From a virus, in the IMG/VR virus record IMGVR_UViG_3300036760_001167, positions 42,511-106,510 of that record: a stretch of DNA of 64,000 bases. The stretch is one strand, 5' to 3'. Below are positions 28,755 through 38,989 of the stretch, one piece after another (within the stretch, counting starts at the first letter, position 1; each line of letters opens with the position of its first letter). The notes beneath the pieces are model-generated. The model was not told where the DNA came from. It did no database searches and saw only the letters and a program-made list of their open reading frames with translations. The position numbers and the translations under genes are program-made.

Positions 28755-29561
28755 CTCCGTCTCCCTTCTCCGGTCCCGGGTCAGAGACCCCGGGGTGCGT
28801 CCTCATGTAGTTGTGCCCCGCGTCGCACCTGACCCTCTCCATCAGGAACAGCGCGTCGGAGCCGTCGAAGTCGGTCCCGCGTGCGGTGCCGCTCCACTCG
28901 ACCCACGCCCTAGCCGGGCAGCTCTCGTCGACGCAGTCCGTCACGCCTCACTCCGTCTCCCGCAGGAACCTGTCCTCGAGCGCAGACCGCAGGTCTAGCG
29001 CCGCGCCCGTCGGCACCCAGTACCTCGCCGCCTGCACCGCGAGGCCCAGCCGCTGCGCGTTCGCGAGCGCCTGGCCGGTGCTCTGCGGGCTCATCGCCTC
29101 CGGGTCGTACAGCATCGCCTCCGCCGCCGTGACGGGCATGTTGAGCTCGCGGCTGGACTCTATCAGCGCGTGGAGTGCGCGGTCCGGCGCGGCAGCCCGG
29201 CGACCTCCTCCTCTCCGCCCATGCTAACCCGTCCAGCTCGCGGCAGGGTCGCCGCGCCCCGGTGCGCGTTCCGGCTCCCCAGGAGGCCCGTGGGCGGCTT
29301 TCGGCTCCCCGGCGGGCGAACCGGCACCGGTGCCCTGCGCGTGCTCTCGGAGCCTCGCGGCCGCCCGGGACATCCTGAGCGTCAGGTCGTCCACCCGGCG
29401 GTCCGTCGCGCGGGCCTGGCCGACGTGCCAGTCCCGGAGCGCGATGGCGTCGACGCGGTCCCGCGCCAGCGCCTCCAGCTCGTCGCGGAGCGCCTCGCTG
29501 CGCGGCCACTCGCCGCGTTCCGTTGCGTCGGTCGCGCTCTCGGCGCGTTCCGTTGCGTCCG

Positions 29562-31469
29562 TCATCGTGCCGCCTCCTCCGCCGCGCGCCGCTCGATCTC
29601 CTCCGGCGTCGCCGCGCGCCCCTGCCGCGGCTGCCGGACCCACGCCTCCTGGGCGCGCTCCGTCTGCTCGGTCGCCTTCGCGCCGAGGCTCGTCGTCTTC
29701 CTCGACTTCTGGATGTTCGCGTCGACCTTGTCCGGGTAGACCGCGCCCCAGTTCTCCACCACCTTCTGCTCCGTCGGCAGCGGCACCGTCAGGCGGTCCG
29801 CCTCCATCACCTCGCGCGCGGTAGCCTGCACCTCCTCGAGGTCCGCGCGCGGCACGTCGAAGACTAGCTCGTCATGGATCGTCAGAACCATCAGGTGCCC
29901 GACGCCGGCCTTCGTCAGCCCGATCATCGCGTCCTTGGTCACGTCGCCGCAGCCGCCTTGGACGATGTAGTTGACGCCCTTGTACGCCTTGTCGACCGGC
30001 ACGACCAGCCGGCGCCCTCCCCACGTCTCGACCCAGCCGAACCCGCTGCCGTCGTCGCGCTCGCGGATCCGGCGCTGGACCTCCGCCTGGAACCGCACGA
30101 CCCCGGGGAACGTGCGGTCGTACTTGCGGAGGAAGTCCTTGGCCTGCGGCAGCGTGACGCCGGCGGTCGCGGCGATGCGCGGCGGGCCCGCGCCGTAGAT
30201 CTTCGCGAAGCCCGTCCACTTCGCGGTCGTGCGCTGGACCTTCGTCACGTCGTCCTCGGGGACGCCGTAGATCTCGCTCGCCGCGAACCTGTGGAGGTCG
30301 ACACCGCGCCGCAGCGCCTCCATCAGCCCGGGGTCCTGCGCGCAGTGGACCATCATGCGCATCTCCTGCGCCTCGTAGTCCGCGAGGAGCAGGACGTGCT
30401 CCTCGTCGCTCGGGATGACCGCGCGCCGGACGACGTTCGTGCGGGGCAGCCCCTGCAGCGCCGGGCGGCCGATGCTCATGCGGCCCGTCTTCTCCGCGCC
30501 GAGCGGGCGGATGTTCGGGTGGAGCCGGCCCTCGACCTGCAGCTCGAGGAACGGCGCGAAGTAGGTCTTGGCGAGCTTCTCCCTGTAGCGCCACTCCAGC
30601 ACGTCGGCGGCGAGCGGGTGGTCGATCGACTCGAGCACGACGTCGTCGAGCGACATGTTGCCGCGCTGCGTCCGCGAGGTGATGCGCACGCCGTCCGCGC
30701 GAAGGCGGTCCGCGACCTGCCGCTTCGAGTTCAGGTTCACGTCCGGCCAGCGGGCGCCGATCGAGTCGAGCTCGCGCGACAGCGCCTGGTACCGCTCGCG
30801 GCAGTAGTCCAGGTCGATCCGCAGGCCCTTAGTCTCCATGTCGAGGATGACGAACGTGACCTCGACCTCCCGCTCGTACGCGTCGCGCCACGGCTGGATG
30901 AGCGGCCACAGCTCCTGGGCGAGGCGGACGGTGATCACGGGGTCCATCGCCGAGTACCGCCAGTACGACGGCAGCGACGTCGGCACGTCCTGCCAGCCCC
31001 AGCGCCCGCGCCTCATGTCGGCCTTGAGCTCCTGCTGGCCCTGGTTCGTCCAGCCGCCGAGCCGCAGCGCCGCCGCGGGCTTGAGCGCCTTCGGCCCGCT
31101 CGAGTCCTCGAGGTGGAGCATGGTCATCGTGTCGTGCAGCCGCTCGCGCGGGACCTCGATGCCGGCGCGCTCGAGGAAAGACACGTCGAACTTCGCGTTG
31201 TGCAGCGCCATCGGCCCCTCGTACGACTCGACCGCGTCGCGCGCGAGGCCGCGCCACTCGTCCCACGGGATCGCCCAGCCGGTGCTCTCGTCGCCGACCT
31301 GCACCAGCCGGATCTCGTCGCGGAACGGGTCGAGGCCCGTGGTCTCGATGTCCAGGCCGAGCAGGTCGCGGTCCTCGGACAGCCAGCGCTTGAACGCGTC
31401 GGCCTCCTCCCACGAGTCGACGAGCACGACCTCGATGTCGGAGCGAGTCTCCTCCGCGACCGCGGTCAC
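29562..31469 (-). CDS. polA: Family A DNA polymerase with 3'-5' exonuclease
   Basis: DIETTG, HNAKFD, TGRMS, DYEAQEMR, RTTAKWTGFAKIYG, HDEL. Confidence 0.93.
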   Translation of the reverse strand: MTAVAEETRSDIEVVLVDSWEEADAFKRWLSEDRDLLGLDIETTGLDPFRDEIRLVQVGDESTGWAIPWDEWRGLARDAVESYEGPMALHNAKFDVSFLERAGIEVPRERLHDTMTMLHLEDSSGPKALKPAAALRLGGWTNQGQQELKADMRRGRWGWQDVPTSLPSYWRYSAMDPVITVRLAQELWPLIQPWRDAYEREVEVTFVILDMETKGLRIDLDYCRERYQALSRELDSIGARWPDVNLNSKRQVADRLRADGVRITSRTQRGNMSLDDVVLESIDHPLAADVLEWRYREKLAKTYFAPFLELQVEGRLHPNIRPLGAEKTGRMSIGRPALQGLPRTNVVRRAVIPSDEEHVLLLADYEAQEMRMMVHCAQDPGLMEALRRGVDLHRFAASEIYGVPEDDVTKVQRTTAKWTGFAKIYGAGPPRIAATAGVTLPQAKDFLRKYDRTFPGVVRFQAEVQRRIRERDDGSGFGWVETWGGRRLVVPVDKAYKGVNYIVQGGCGDVTKDAMIGLTKAGVGHLMVLTIHDELVFDVPRADLEEVQATAREVMEADRLTVPLPTEQKVVENWGAVYPDKVDANIQKSRKTTSLGAKATEQTERAQEAWVRQPRQGRAATPEEIERRAAEEAAR

Positions 31470-31948
31470 AGCAGGCGGCCGCCCTCGCGCGCGAAGCGCT
31501 TCGCGAGGAACTCGACGGCGGGCTCGAAGCTCGTGAACGTAGCGCGCGCCAGGCCGCTCAGGAACGAGTCGACGCGCGGCGCGAGGCAGACGAAGATGAT
31601 CGGGATGTCGAGCGCGCACGCGTAGCCGCACTCGGCCGCCATGCCGTAGACGTACGGGTAGTCGCCCAGGTACGCGAGCACCGCGTCGGCCGCGCGGATC
31701 ATCTCGAGGTCGAGGCCGACGTAGCAGCCCGGGATGTGGTGCCGCTCGCCCTTCGCCTCCGGGTCGAGGACCTCGATCCCGCGCGACTCGAGCCGCGCGA
31801 CGAGGCTGGGCTTGAACTCCTGGAAGAACCCGCCGGCGAGGTAGACGCCCGGCGCGCGGGACGCGCGCTCCTTCTTGAGCCGCCGGTCCATCGCGCGCTC
31901 GGCCCAGTCGTGGATCTGCGCCGCCTCGGGCTTGTCTCCGTCGCTCAT
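31466..31948 (-). CDS. Nucleoside 2-deoxyribosyltransferase / nucleotide N-glycosidase family
   Basis: VYLAGG, DLEMIRAADAV, GMAAECGYA..LDIPI. Confidence 0.8.
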   Translation of the reverse strand: MSDGDKPEAAQIHDWAERAMDRRLKKERASRAPGVYLAGGFFQEFKPSLVARLESRGIEVLDPEAKGERHHIPGCYVGLDLEMIRAADAVLAYLGDYPYVYGMAAECGYACALDIPIIFVCLAPRVDSFLSGLARATFTSFEPAVEFLAKRFAREGGRLL

Positions 31949-32403
31949 GCGTAGTCCTCCCTGGTCGCGTGCCGGTCGTGCGTCTCCTGCATCCGCAGGC
32001 TCTCCGCGGCGCCGACGCGCGAGAGCGCGTCCGCGCGGATGTTGAGCTCGCGCGGGATCCACTCGTACACGACCCCGCCCGAGAAGCACCGCGCGACCTC
32101 CCAGACCCTGTCGCGCAGGTAGCGCAGCGGCTCCTCGTTGCACTTCCAGCGGTCCTCCTCGCGGAGCTGGCTGACGACCAGCAGCGAGTCGGTCCGGACG
32201 TGGGCGGCCCGCGCGCCCATCTCGACCGCGACCTTCAGGCCGCGCAGGACCGCCTCGTACTCGGCGACGTTGTTCGTCTGCACGCCGAGCGCGTCGCCGT
32301 GCTCCTCGACCGCGTCGCCGAACCAGACGACGTATCCCGCGCCGGCCGGTCCTGGGTTGCTGGGCCGCGCGGCCCCGTCGCAGTGCAGCACCGCGCGCCT
32401 CAC
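31945..32403 (-). CDS. rnhA: Ribonuclease HI
   Basis: DGAAR.NPGPAG, TNNVAEY, DS.LVV.Q, WIPRELN..AD. Confidence 0.92.
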   Translation of the reverse strand: MRRAVLHCDGAARPSNPGPAGAGYVVWFGDAVEEHGDALGVQTNNVAEYEAVLRGLKVAVEMGARAAHVRTDSLLVVSQLREEDRWKCNEEPLRYLRDRVWEVARCFSGGVVYEWIPRELNIRADALSRVGAAESLRMQETHDRHATREDYA

Positions 32404-33133
32404 GAGAACTCCGTCCCGATCTGCTCCGTGCTGACGCGTCCGGTGCTGATCATGATCTCGAACATCTGGAGCGCGGTCAGCTTGGTCCCGTACTCGTCCT
32501 CGAACCGCATCGTCCCCTCGTCGCAGGAGCAGGTCTCGCAGTGCTTCTCGATCTGGATGCAGAGCTCGCGGAACCTGTCGTCCGGCATCGCCTGCAGGAA
32601 CTCGCCGCTCGTGCGCTTGCCCACGTGGTACTCGGGCGCGTCGTCGTGCCGGTGGCCGATCGCGTAGAAGTTGGTGCTCACCGTCGCGCGCCCCTCGCCA
32701 CGTCGATGGGCACGCGGGCGCCGGCCAGGTGCAGCTCGGTCCCGCCCGCCTCGATCACCGCGGCCTCCGCCGCGTCGAGCTTCATGTTCGCGAGGATGCT
32801 CTCCGCGTACGCCGTCTGGAACCGGGCGCAGGCGTTCATGATCGCGAGCTCGCGCTCCTGGTCCGCGCTCACGGGGTCTCCAGGTGATGCGCGTCGGGGC
32901 AGAGCGCGGCCGGCTCCGTCGGGGCCGGGGCGTCTGGCATCCCGTAGCAGTAGTGGTCGCAAGGGCGTACGTCGTAGGGCTGGTCGGCGCAGCCGCAGGT
33001 CGGGCAGTGGGTCACGAGGGCTCCACCACCGTCCAGGTCTCGCCGCACTCGCCGCACGCGCGGTTCTTGCCGCCGGGCAGGTCGACGGCCGCGACCTCGT
33101 CGCTGCCGCAGTGCGGGCACGTGTCGCCGGTCC

Positions 33134-33673
33134 TCACGGGCGCCCCGCGGTCCCGAGCATGGAGTCGCGGTCCTGCCCGAAGAATGACCGCTCCTGAACC
33201 CTGAACCCCCAGGACCTGAGCTCCTCGCCGAAGATCGGCCGGACGTGCGTCGCGTCCATGTCGCGCACCGCCTGCATGCCGAGCTCGTTGGTGTTCGGCG
33301 TCGTCACCACGACTCCGCCGTCCGCCGCGCCGATCATCGTCACCGCCAGCGCCCGCGCGTTCTCCAGGTGCTCGAGGAGCTCGACGGCGACGAAGAAGTC
33401 CGCGCGGAGCGGCGGCCGCCAGATCTCCAGGTCGGTGCCGTCGATCGCCGCGTCGACCGGCAGGTAGCGGCCCTTGTAGCCGCGCTCCGTGCGGAGGTAG
33501 AAGTCCAGGTCGCACGTGCCGGCGCCGACGTCGACGAGCAGGCAGTCGTCGTCCAGGCCCATCGCGTACAGCTCGTCGGCCACGGCCGAGTACCTGACGA
33601 AGCGGTACTCCAGCGTCCCGCGCCGCTGCGCGAGGTAGGCGAGCGCGCCGTCGCGCGCCTCGGCGGCCGTCAC
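33134..33673 (-). CDS. Class I SAM-dependent methyltransferase-like protein
   Basis: LVDVGAG, ELLEHL, VVTTPN. Confidence 0.75.
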   Translation of the reverse strand: MTAAEARDGALAYLAQRRGTLEYRFVRYSAVADELYAMGLDDDCLLVDVGAGTCDLDFYLRTERGYKGRYLPVDAAIDGTDLEIWRPPLRADFFVAVELLEHLENARALAVTMIGAADGGVVVTTPNTNELGMQAVRDMDATHVRPIFGEELRSWGFRVQERSFFGQDRDSMLGTAGRP

Positions 33674-33942
33674 TCGGCGGTCCCGCCGGAGTAGGAAACC
33701 ACCGCGGACGGGACGAACTCGACCCCGTAGATTCCATCCTGGAAGCAGTCGAACCTGTCGATCCGCTGAGTGTCCCCGAGCAGGCTGTTCGACAGGACGA
33801 TCCTGAGCCCGCTCGGGCAGTCGACCCTCGTGCCGTCGAGCAGCGTCACGCTGCCCGGGTCGAGGTACCTGTGGGCGCAGGCCGGCAGGATCAGCGCGGC
33901 GCCGATCGCCAGGCCCGCCGCGTACGCCCGCGCGCTCCTCAC
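33670..33942 (-). CDS. Putative lipoprotein
   Basis: Basic/hydrophobic N-terminus with LPAC lipobox. Confidence 0.55.
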   Translation of the reverse strand: MRSARAYAAGLAIGAALILPACAHRYLDPGSVTLLDGTRVDCPSGLRIVLSNSLLGDTQRIDRFDCFQDGIYGVEFVPSAVVSYSGGTAE

Positions 33943-34811
33943 AGCTCCCACCCCATTACCTCCGCGTGCTTCTGGATGTACCACTGCTCGCTCCCGGCGC
34001 TCTTCCGGAGCATGCCGTCGCCGATGTCGCGGGCGCGCTGCGCCGCCTCGGCGAACGGGCGGCCGGCCTTGCCGATGCCGTCGGCGAGCGGGTCCGGCGT
34101 GTCGCCGTCCGGCCGCGCGAGTCTCCCGGTCAGCTCCCAGTGCTCCTCGTACACGTGCAGCGACGACGCGTGGTGGAAGTACGTGCCGACCGGCGCGCCG
34201 AGCGCGCGGGCGAGCGAGTGCTGGAGCTGGTTGAAGAAGAACGCGTCGTATGGGAACCCGTGCCAGGCGTCGTTCGACCGCATCGTCACGTGGAGGTCGA
34301 GCGCGTTGAAGAGGTGGCCCAGCTCCGGGTTGGACGGCCGCAGCATGAACTGGAGCTCCGTCGTGCACGGGTAGTTCTTGACGCCCTCGATCGCGTCGCG
34401 CGCCGGGTCCCAGATCGTCACCACCGCGCGGCGCGAGAACGGGTCCTCGCGCAGGCGGCGCTCGACCATCTCCATCTGGCCCCGGACGCGCGGGCCGTAC
34501 GCGCCGTGGAACGCGCCCTGGTCGGCGAAGTTCCGCATGTTCGCGCTCGCATGGAACAGCGCCTCGGCGTCGGAGTACCCGCCGATCAGCTGGAGGGCCT
34601 CCTCGGCCGCCATCTTCGGGCTGACGCCGCGGCCGGTCCCGACCGGCAGCATCGGCGCGTCCGCCGGGATCACGATGGTCGCGGCCAGCACCTCGCGCGT
34701 GACGGTGCCGCGCGGCTCCGCGCGCCGGCCCTCCGCCATCACGGCCTCGACCACGTCGACGTAGCCGCCCACGAGGTCGTCCAGCCTGAGGAGCATCCCC
34801 TCGTTCGTCAC
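33939..34811 (-). CDS. Thymidylate-synthase-family enzyme, dCMP-type signature
   Basis: AYGPR, SRRAV, YPC catalytic Cys, MRSND...GFPYD, SLHVY. Confidence 0.88.
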   Translation of the reverse strand: MTNEGMLLRLDDLVGGYVDVVEAVMAEGRRAEPRGTVTREVLAATIVIPADAPMLPVGTGRGVSPKMAAEEALQLIGGYSDAEALFHASANMRNFADQGAFHGAYGPRVRGQMEMVERRLREDPFSRRAVVTIWDPARDAIEGVKNYPCTTELQFMLRPSNPELGHLFNALDLHVTMRSNDAWHGFPYDAFFFNQLQHSLARALGAPVGTYFHHASSLHVYEEHWELTGRLARPDGDTPDPLADGIGKAGRPFAEAAQRARDIGDGMLRKSAGSEQWYIQKHAEVMGWEL

Positions 34812-35101
34812 GGCCGCACCGGCTGGACGACGTAGCCCAGCGCGCTCAGGCGGCGCTTCGTCTTCGCGAGCATCTCCGCGCGGACGCGCTCCGCCTTGGC
34901 CTCGTCGACGCCGTCCCCGAAGTAGATCCCCTCGGGGTCGTCGCGGTAGTCCCACACGCCGCCGAGCCGCTCGGTGCCGTCGTCGTTCCGCACGACTTCC
35001 ATCGCGAGGCCGACGGGGTGCAGCACGAGGCGGTTGACCTCCTGCAGGTAGCCACCCTCGCGGAACTCCCGCGCGTCCAGGTACTTGATCTCTCCGGCCA
35101 T
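34808..35101 (-). CDS. Conserved phage hypothetical protein
   Basis: GYLQEVNR.VLHPVGLA...GGVWDYRDDPEG. Confidence 0.65.
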   Translation of the reverse strand: MAGEIKYLDAREFREGGYLQEVNRLVLHPVGLAMEVVRNDDGTERLGGVWDYRDDPEGIYFGDGVDEAKAERVRAEMLAKTKRRLSALGYVVQPVRP

Positions 35102-35946
35102 CAGAGGTGCTCCCTCCTGTCGATCGTCCAGCGCATGAAGATCAGCTCCTCCCAGTCGAACGGCGGGCAGCGCGTGTGGAGCACCTCGCGCTCCACCTCC
35201 AGGCCGGGCCGGTCCAGGTAGTTCGCGAGCGTCTCCGCGTTGAGCTGCAGGCCCGGCGGGTCGCCGGGCTTCTCGACGCGCGCGGCGCCGGGCAGGTCCG
35301 CGTCGCGGTCGCCGGGCGGGATGAACAGCACGAGGACTGCGCGGTCGGTGAAGCTGTCGGTCATGTTCGCGAGGATCCTCCCCCACTCCCAGTTATGCTC
35401 GAGGACGTGGCGCATCAGGATCTTCGGAACGCGCGGCCGCGAGACGTACTCGCGCAGGTCCGCGCGCGCCGCGCCCCAGCGCTCGACGCCCTCGGCGCCG
35501 TCGACGCCGCGGTACGGCGCGCCGACGAAGCGGCTGCCCCAGGTCGTCGCGCAGCCCCACTCCTCGACGAGGCCCGGCCCGCTCAGGAACGCGCCCGCGC
35601 GCTGGTAGCTCACCGCGTCGTCGTCGTACGGGCTGGGGGCTCCGACGTTCTGGTAGAGCTCGCGCCACTGCTCGCCCCAGTCCGTCGCCGGGTGCGGGAT
35701 GCGCAGCCCGCCCGACTCGTTGCCGCCGATCGCGGGCGGCGTCGCGTCGTTCCCGCCCGGCTCCGGCAGGGTGAAGGTCTCGCCCCTGACCGTGTAGTCT
35801 CCCGGCAGGAAGACCCTGTCGCACTCGCAGCCCGGCTCCGCGCAGCCGGCCGCGTGCTTCGACTTCAGGTGGCTGCAACCGCCGCGGTCCGAGCACGTCG
35901 CCGCCCACGCCCGCGCCATCGCCGTCTCCTGCCCCTCGTCTGCCAT
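35101..35946 (-). CDS. SAM-dependent methyltransferase-like protein with N-terminal Cys/His module
   Basis: VEEWGCA (motif I-like), YRGVDG, ADL, MRHVLEHN. Confidence 0.6.
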   Translation of the reverse strand: MADEGQETAMARAWAATCSDRGGCSHLKSKHAAGCAEPGCECDRVFLPGDYTVRGETFTLPEPGGNDATPPAIGGNESGGLRIPHPATDWGEQWRELYQNVGAPSPYDDDAVSYQRAGAFLSGPGLVEEWGCATTWGSRFVGAPYRGVDGAEGVERWGAARADLREYVSRPRVPKILMRHVLEHNWEWGRILANMTDSFTDRAVLVLFIPPGDRDADLPGAARVEKPGDPPGLQLNAETLANYLDRPGLEVEREVLHTRCPPFDWEELIFMRWTIDRREHL

Positions 35947-36257
35947 CAGTCCCTCCTGTTCCTGGGCGTCGGCGCCGTGACGGTCGACCCGCAGAGCGGG
36001 CACGGCTTCGCCGCGTTCGAGCACTTCACCAGGAACTGGATCACGCGAGGTTCCTCGCGCGGCCCGGCGTCGTGCGCGACGCCGCCTTGCCGGTGATGAA
36101 GTCCACGCCGTTGTGCTCGAGGAGCGCGATCCCGCGGTCCAGCTCAGACGACACGCGGTCGTACGCCTGCTCGAGCCGGCGCGTCCGCCAAGGGTTCAGC
36201 AGCCGCAGCCAGGTCTGGTTGTGCTTGACCTTCCCCATTCTTCTTCCTCCGGTGTAA

Positions 36258-36301
36258 GTCGGGCCGGGCGGGCCGTCGCAACGGCCCGCCCCCGGCCCGA
36301 C
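36258..36301 (-). terminator. Long GC hairpin, probable terminator
   Basis: GTCGGGCCGGG(GG)CGGGCCGT-loop-ACGGCCCGCCCGGCCCGAC between genes. Confidence 0.6.
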
Positions 36302-36312
36302 GCTTCAGTGCT

Positions 36313-36711
36313 TCAGGGAATGGTGATGTCGGGGATGATCGTCGACGGCTTGAAGACCACCAGGTAGTGGTACGCGCTCACGTTAGCGCTCTCGAGCTGC
36401 TCGACGAAGTACGTCACGTTGTCCGACAGCCCGAGGAAGGACTTCTTGTACTCGTCCGGGCCGGTCTTGCACACCACCGTCAGCTCGTGCGGCGGGTCGT
36501 TGTTCCCGAGCGCGCAGTAGCCCTCGATCTCCAGCATGTACTGGCCCGTGATGCCGTTGTAGAACACGACGCGCCGCAGGATCTTGAACTGGTCCGCCTC
36601 GGTGGACAGGTTCTTCGACACCACGTCCGAGTTGTGCTTCGTGCATGACGCGGCCGTGCCGAGCGCGATCGCCGCGAGCAGCGCCAGCGCCACTACCTTC
36701 TTCTTCCTCAT
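36313..36711 (-). CDS. Widely conserved phage lipoprotein
   Basis: Lipobox AASC; NLSTEADQF..RRVVFYNGIT...CKTGP..YKK.FLGLSDNV. Confidence 0.8.
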   Translation of the reverse strand: MRKKKVVALALLAAIALGTAASCTKHNSDVVSKNLSTEADQFKILRRVVFYNGITGQYMLEIEGYCALGNNDPPHELTVVCKTGPDEYKKSFLGLSDNVTYFVEQLESANVSAYHYLVVFKPSTIIPDITIP

Positions 36712-36749
36712 CGTTGACCTCCGTCCTTCGGCCGGCGCGGGCGCCGGGC

Positions 36750-36986
36750 TTACTTCGACGACTTGCTGCCGCCGAAGATGGAGCCGCTGTGGAACGCGCC
36801 GCCGAACGACGCGGTGACGAAGAGGGCGCCCAGCGTCTGCCAGAAGCCTAGCGCCGGCACCGCGGTCAGCCCGCTCTTGTTGAGGCCGCCGAGCACGAGC
36901 ATCGTCGGGCCCGCGGTGATCAGCAGGAGCGCCACCACGAGCAGCACGAGCAGCACGAGCAGCACGAGCGCCTTCAGGATCTTCAT
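36750..36986 (-). CDS. Small membrane protein
   Basis: Two hydrophobic segments; VPALGFWQ. Confidence 0.65.
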   Translation of the reverse strand: MKILKALVLLVLLVLLVVALLLITAGPTMLVLGGLNKSGLTAVPALGFWQTLGALFVTASFGGAFHSGSIFGGSKSSK

Positions 36987-37137
36987 TGCCCACCTCCATG
37001 GGTCCGGGAAGTTGGGGCGTCGCCACCGGCGGAGGTGGCGAGAGGGAGGTGGGGTGCGGCACCGAACGTAGCCGGGCCGCTTGCACCTCGCGTCGCGATG
37101 GCGACGCCTCCGAACTCCTAGGTCTCTGTCCAGTATC

Positions 37138-37497
37138 TTACACCCGCGCGGCGGCCTCCGCATCCTCCGGCGACGCGGTCGAGTACGCGTGCCAGACCAG
37201 CCCGAGCTGGTCGAACACCGTGGCGAGGTACTCGCCTGGCGGCACGTCCGCGCCGGTGGGCACCATCACGTACTCGCCGAACTCCCACTCCTCCGCGCGG
37301 CGCGGCGCCGGCGCGGTGAACTCGGCCTCGGTCGGCTCCGCGTCCGGGTCGACCTCGGCCCAGACCATCACTCCGTCGCCGAAGGCCGATCGCTGCCGCC
37401 GCACCGCGCGGACGACCGCGCCCCGCGGCAGCGTCATGGTGAAGCTGTCGCCAGGCGCCGGCGCGTCGCCGGCCAGCGGGTACTTGAACATCTTCAT
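37138..37497 (-). CDS. Conserved phage hypothetical protein
   Basis: FKYPL...LPRGA...VWAEVDP...TG...YLATV...VWH. Confidence 0.7.
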   Translation of the reverse strand: MKMFKYPLAGDAPAPGDSFTMTLPRGAVVRAVRRQRSAFGDGVMVWAEVDPDAEPTEAEFTAPAPRRAEEWEFGEYVMVPTGADVPPGEYLATVFDQLGLVWHAYSTASPEDAEAAARV

Positions 37498-37512
37498 GGT
37501 GCCTCCCTCTCG

Positions 37513-38457
37513 TCAGGCTGCCAGCGCCAGGAGCATCTTGTCCCTGGCCTTGGCGGCGGCGCCGCCGGGCAGCGTGCCCAGCACGCGGCTCTCCTCGGTG
37601 CGCGGGTTGCGCGCCCAGTCGTAGTACTCCCCGACCGCGTTCAGCGCCGCGTACTTGGTGTCGCGGAACGCCTCGAGGTTCGGCGAGTGCAGGTACAGGT
37701 CCACGACCTGCGCCCTCGCCGAGTCGGCCTGCGGCCTGTCGCCGATCACCTTCTCGAGCGCGGTCCGCAGGCGGCGCTCCGTGTACGGCGCCGCGAGCAG
37801 CCGCTCGAGCTCCGCCTGCATCGCGTCGCGGTACTGGAACGTCAGGCCCAGCGCCTCGCGCGCCTCGTGCAGCCGGCCGGCGATCGTCCCGACGTGCCGC
37901 GCGCTCCACCTGTTCGTCGCGCCGCGGACCGCCATGTTCAGGGTGTTCATGCAGACGACGCGGATGGACGTCGGGAGGCACGTGACCGCCTTCATCCCGT
38001 CGTGCGACGTCGTCAGCAGGAGGTACATAGCGTGCTCGTCGCCGCCGACCTCGAAGCCCTCGGTCCGCATCGCCAGGAAGACGGTGCGCCCGCCGCGGAG
38101 CGAGCCCGCGGTCTCGTACTTGCCGTCGCTCGAGTCGACGAGGTTGTCCGCGAACTCGAACGCCTCGCGGTTCTGGAAGGGCGAGTAGTCGGTGCCGACC
38201 ACGCCGAAGGGCCGGCCGTCGGCCTTCCTGACCACCGCGCGCCGGCTCGGGATGTCGATCAGCTCGTACTCCTCGCCCGTCGTCATCGCGTCCGCGCGGC
38301 TGACCGTGAACACGGGGCGCAGCTCCACGTCCCAGTCCAGGCCGCCGAGCTTCAGCGCCTGCTTCGCCGTCATCGCGCCGTCCGCGGCGGTGCCGAGCCC
38401 GTGCCAAGGGACCCCGCGCTCCGCCGTGTAGGCGAGGCTCTCAACCTCTGCTGGCAT
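37513..38457 (-). CDS. DUF932 (phage/plasmid-like TIGR03299) protein
   Basis: PWHGLG, GGLDWDV, ETAGSLRGG, SHDG, RVVCMNT. Confidence 0.88.
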   Translation of the reverse strand: MPAEVESLAYTAERGVPWHGLGTAADGAMTAKQALKLGGLDWDVELRPVFTVSRADAMTTGEEYELIDIPSRRAVVRKADGRPFGVVGTDYSPFQNREAFEFADNLVDSSDGKYETAGSLRGGRTVFLAMRTEGFEVGGDEHAMYLLLTTSHDGMKAVTCLPTSIRVVCMNTLNMAVRGATNRWSARHVGTIAGRLHEAREALGLTFQYRDAMQAELERLLAAPYTERRLRTALEKVIGDRPQADSARAQVVDLYLHSPNLEAFRDTKYAALNAVGEYYDWARNPRTEESRVLGTLPGGAAAKARDKMLLALAA

Positions 38458-38989
38458 GTCAGTCCTCCGTCCTGCCGGCGTTGCCGGCGTCGTGCGGCGC
38501 GCTCGTCGCGCCGTCCGGTACCTTGTCGTGAAACTCGTGCAGGCAGCGCTCGCGATGCGGGCCGCCGCCGCTCGGCCACCGCGGGTTGACGACCTTCCAC
38601 GGGTCGTCCCGCCCGTTGCCGCAGTCCGGGCAGCGATCGCGCGTCACGACAGCACGTCCGAGTCGAGGCGCAGCCAGTCCTCCAGGTCGCCGTCCGACGG
38701 CGCGCCGCCCGGCCCGTCGTCGTCCGGCGGGGCCGGCGGCTCGGGCAGCGCCGAGATCACCATCACCGCGGCCATCGCGCCAGCGAGCACCGCGATCAGC
38801 GTCCACACCGCGCCCAGCCAGAAGTCGACCGTCCAGGTCGGCCACATCACGCGCGCCCCAGGTTGATCAGGTGCGCCATGTCGGTGACGTCCTTCTCCCT
38901 CGTCGACGCGAAGAGGACGTCCTTCTTCCACCACAGCTCCCAGACCGGAACGCCGGTCTTGGTCACGCGAACCTCTGCCCTCGTCAGCT

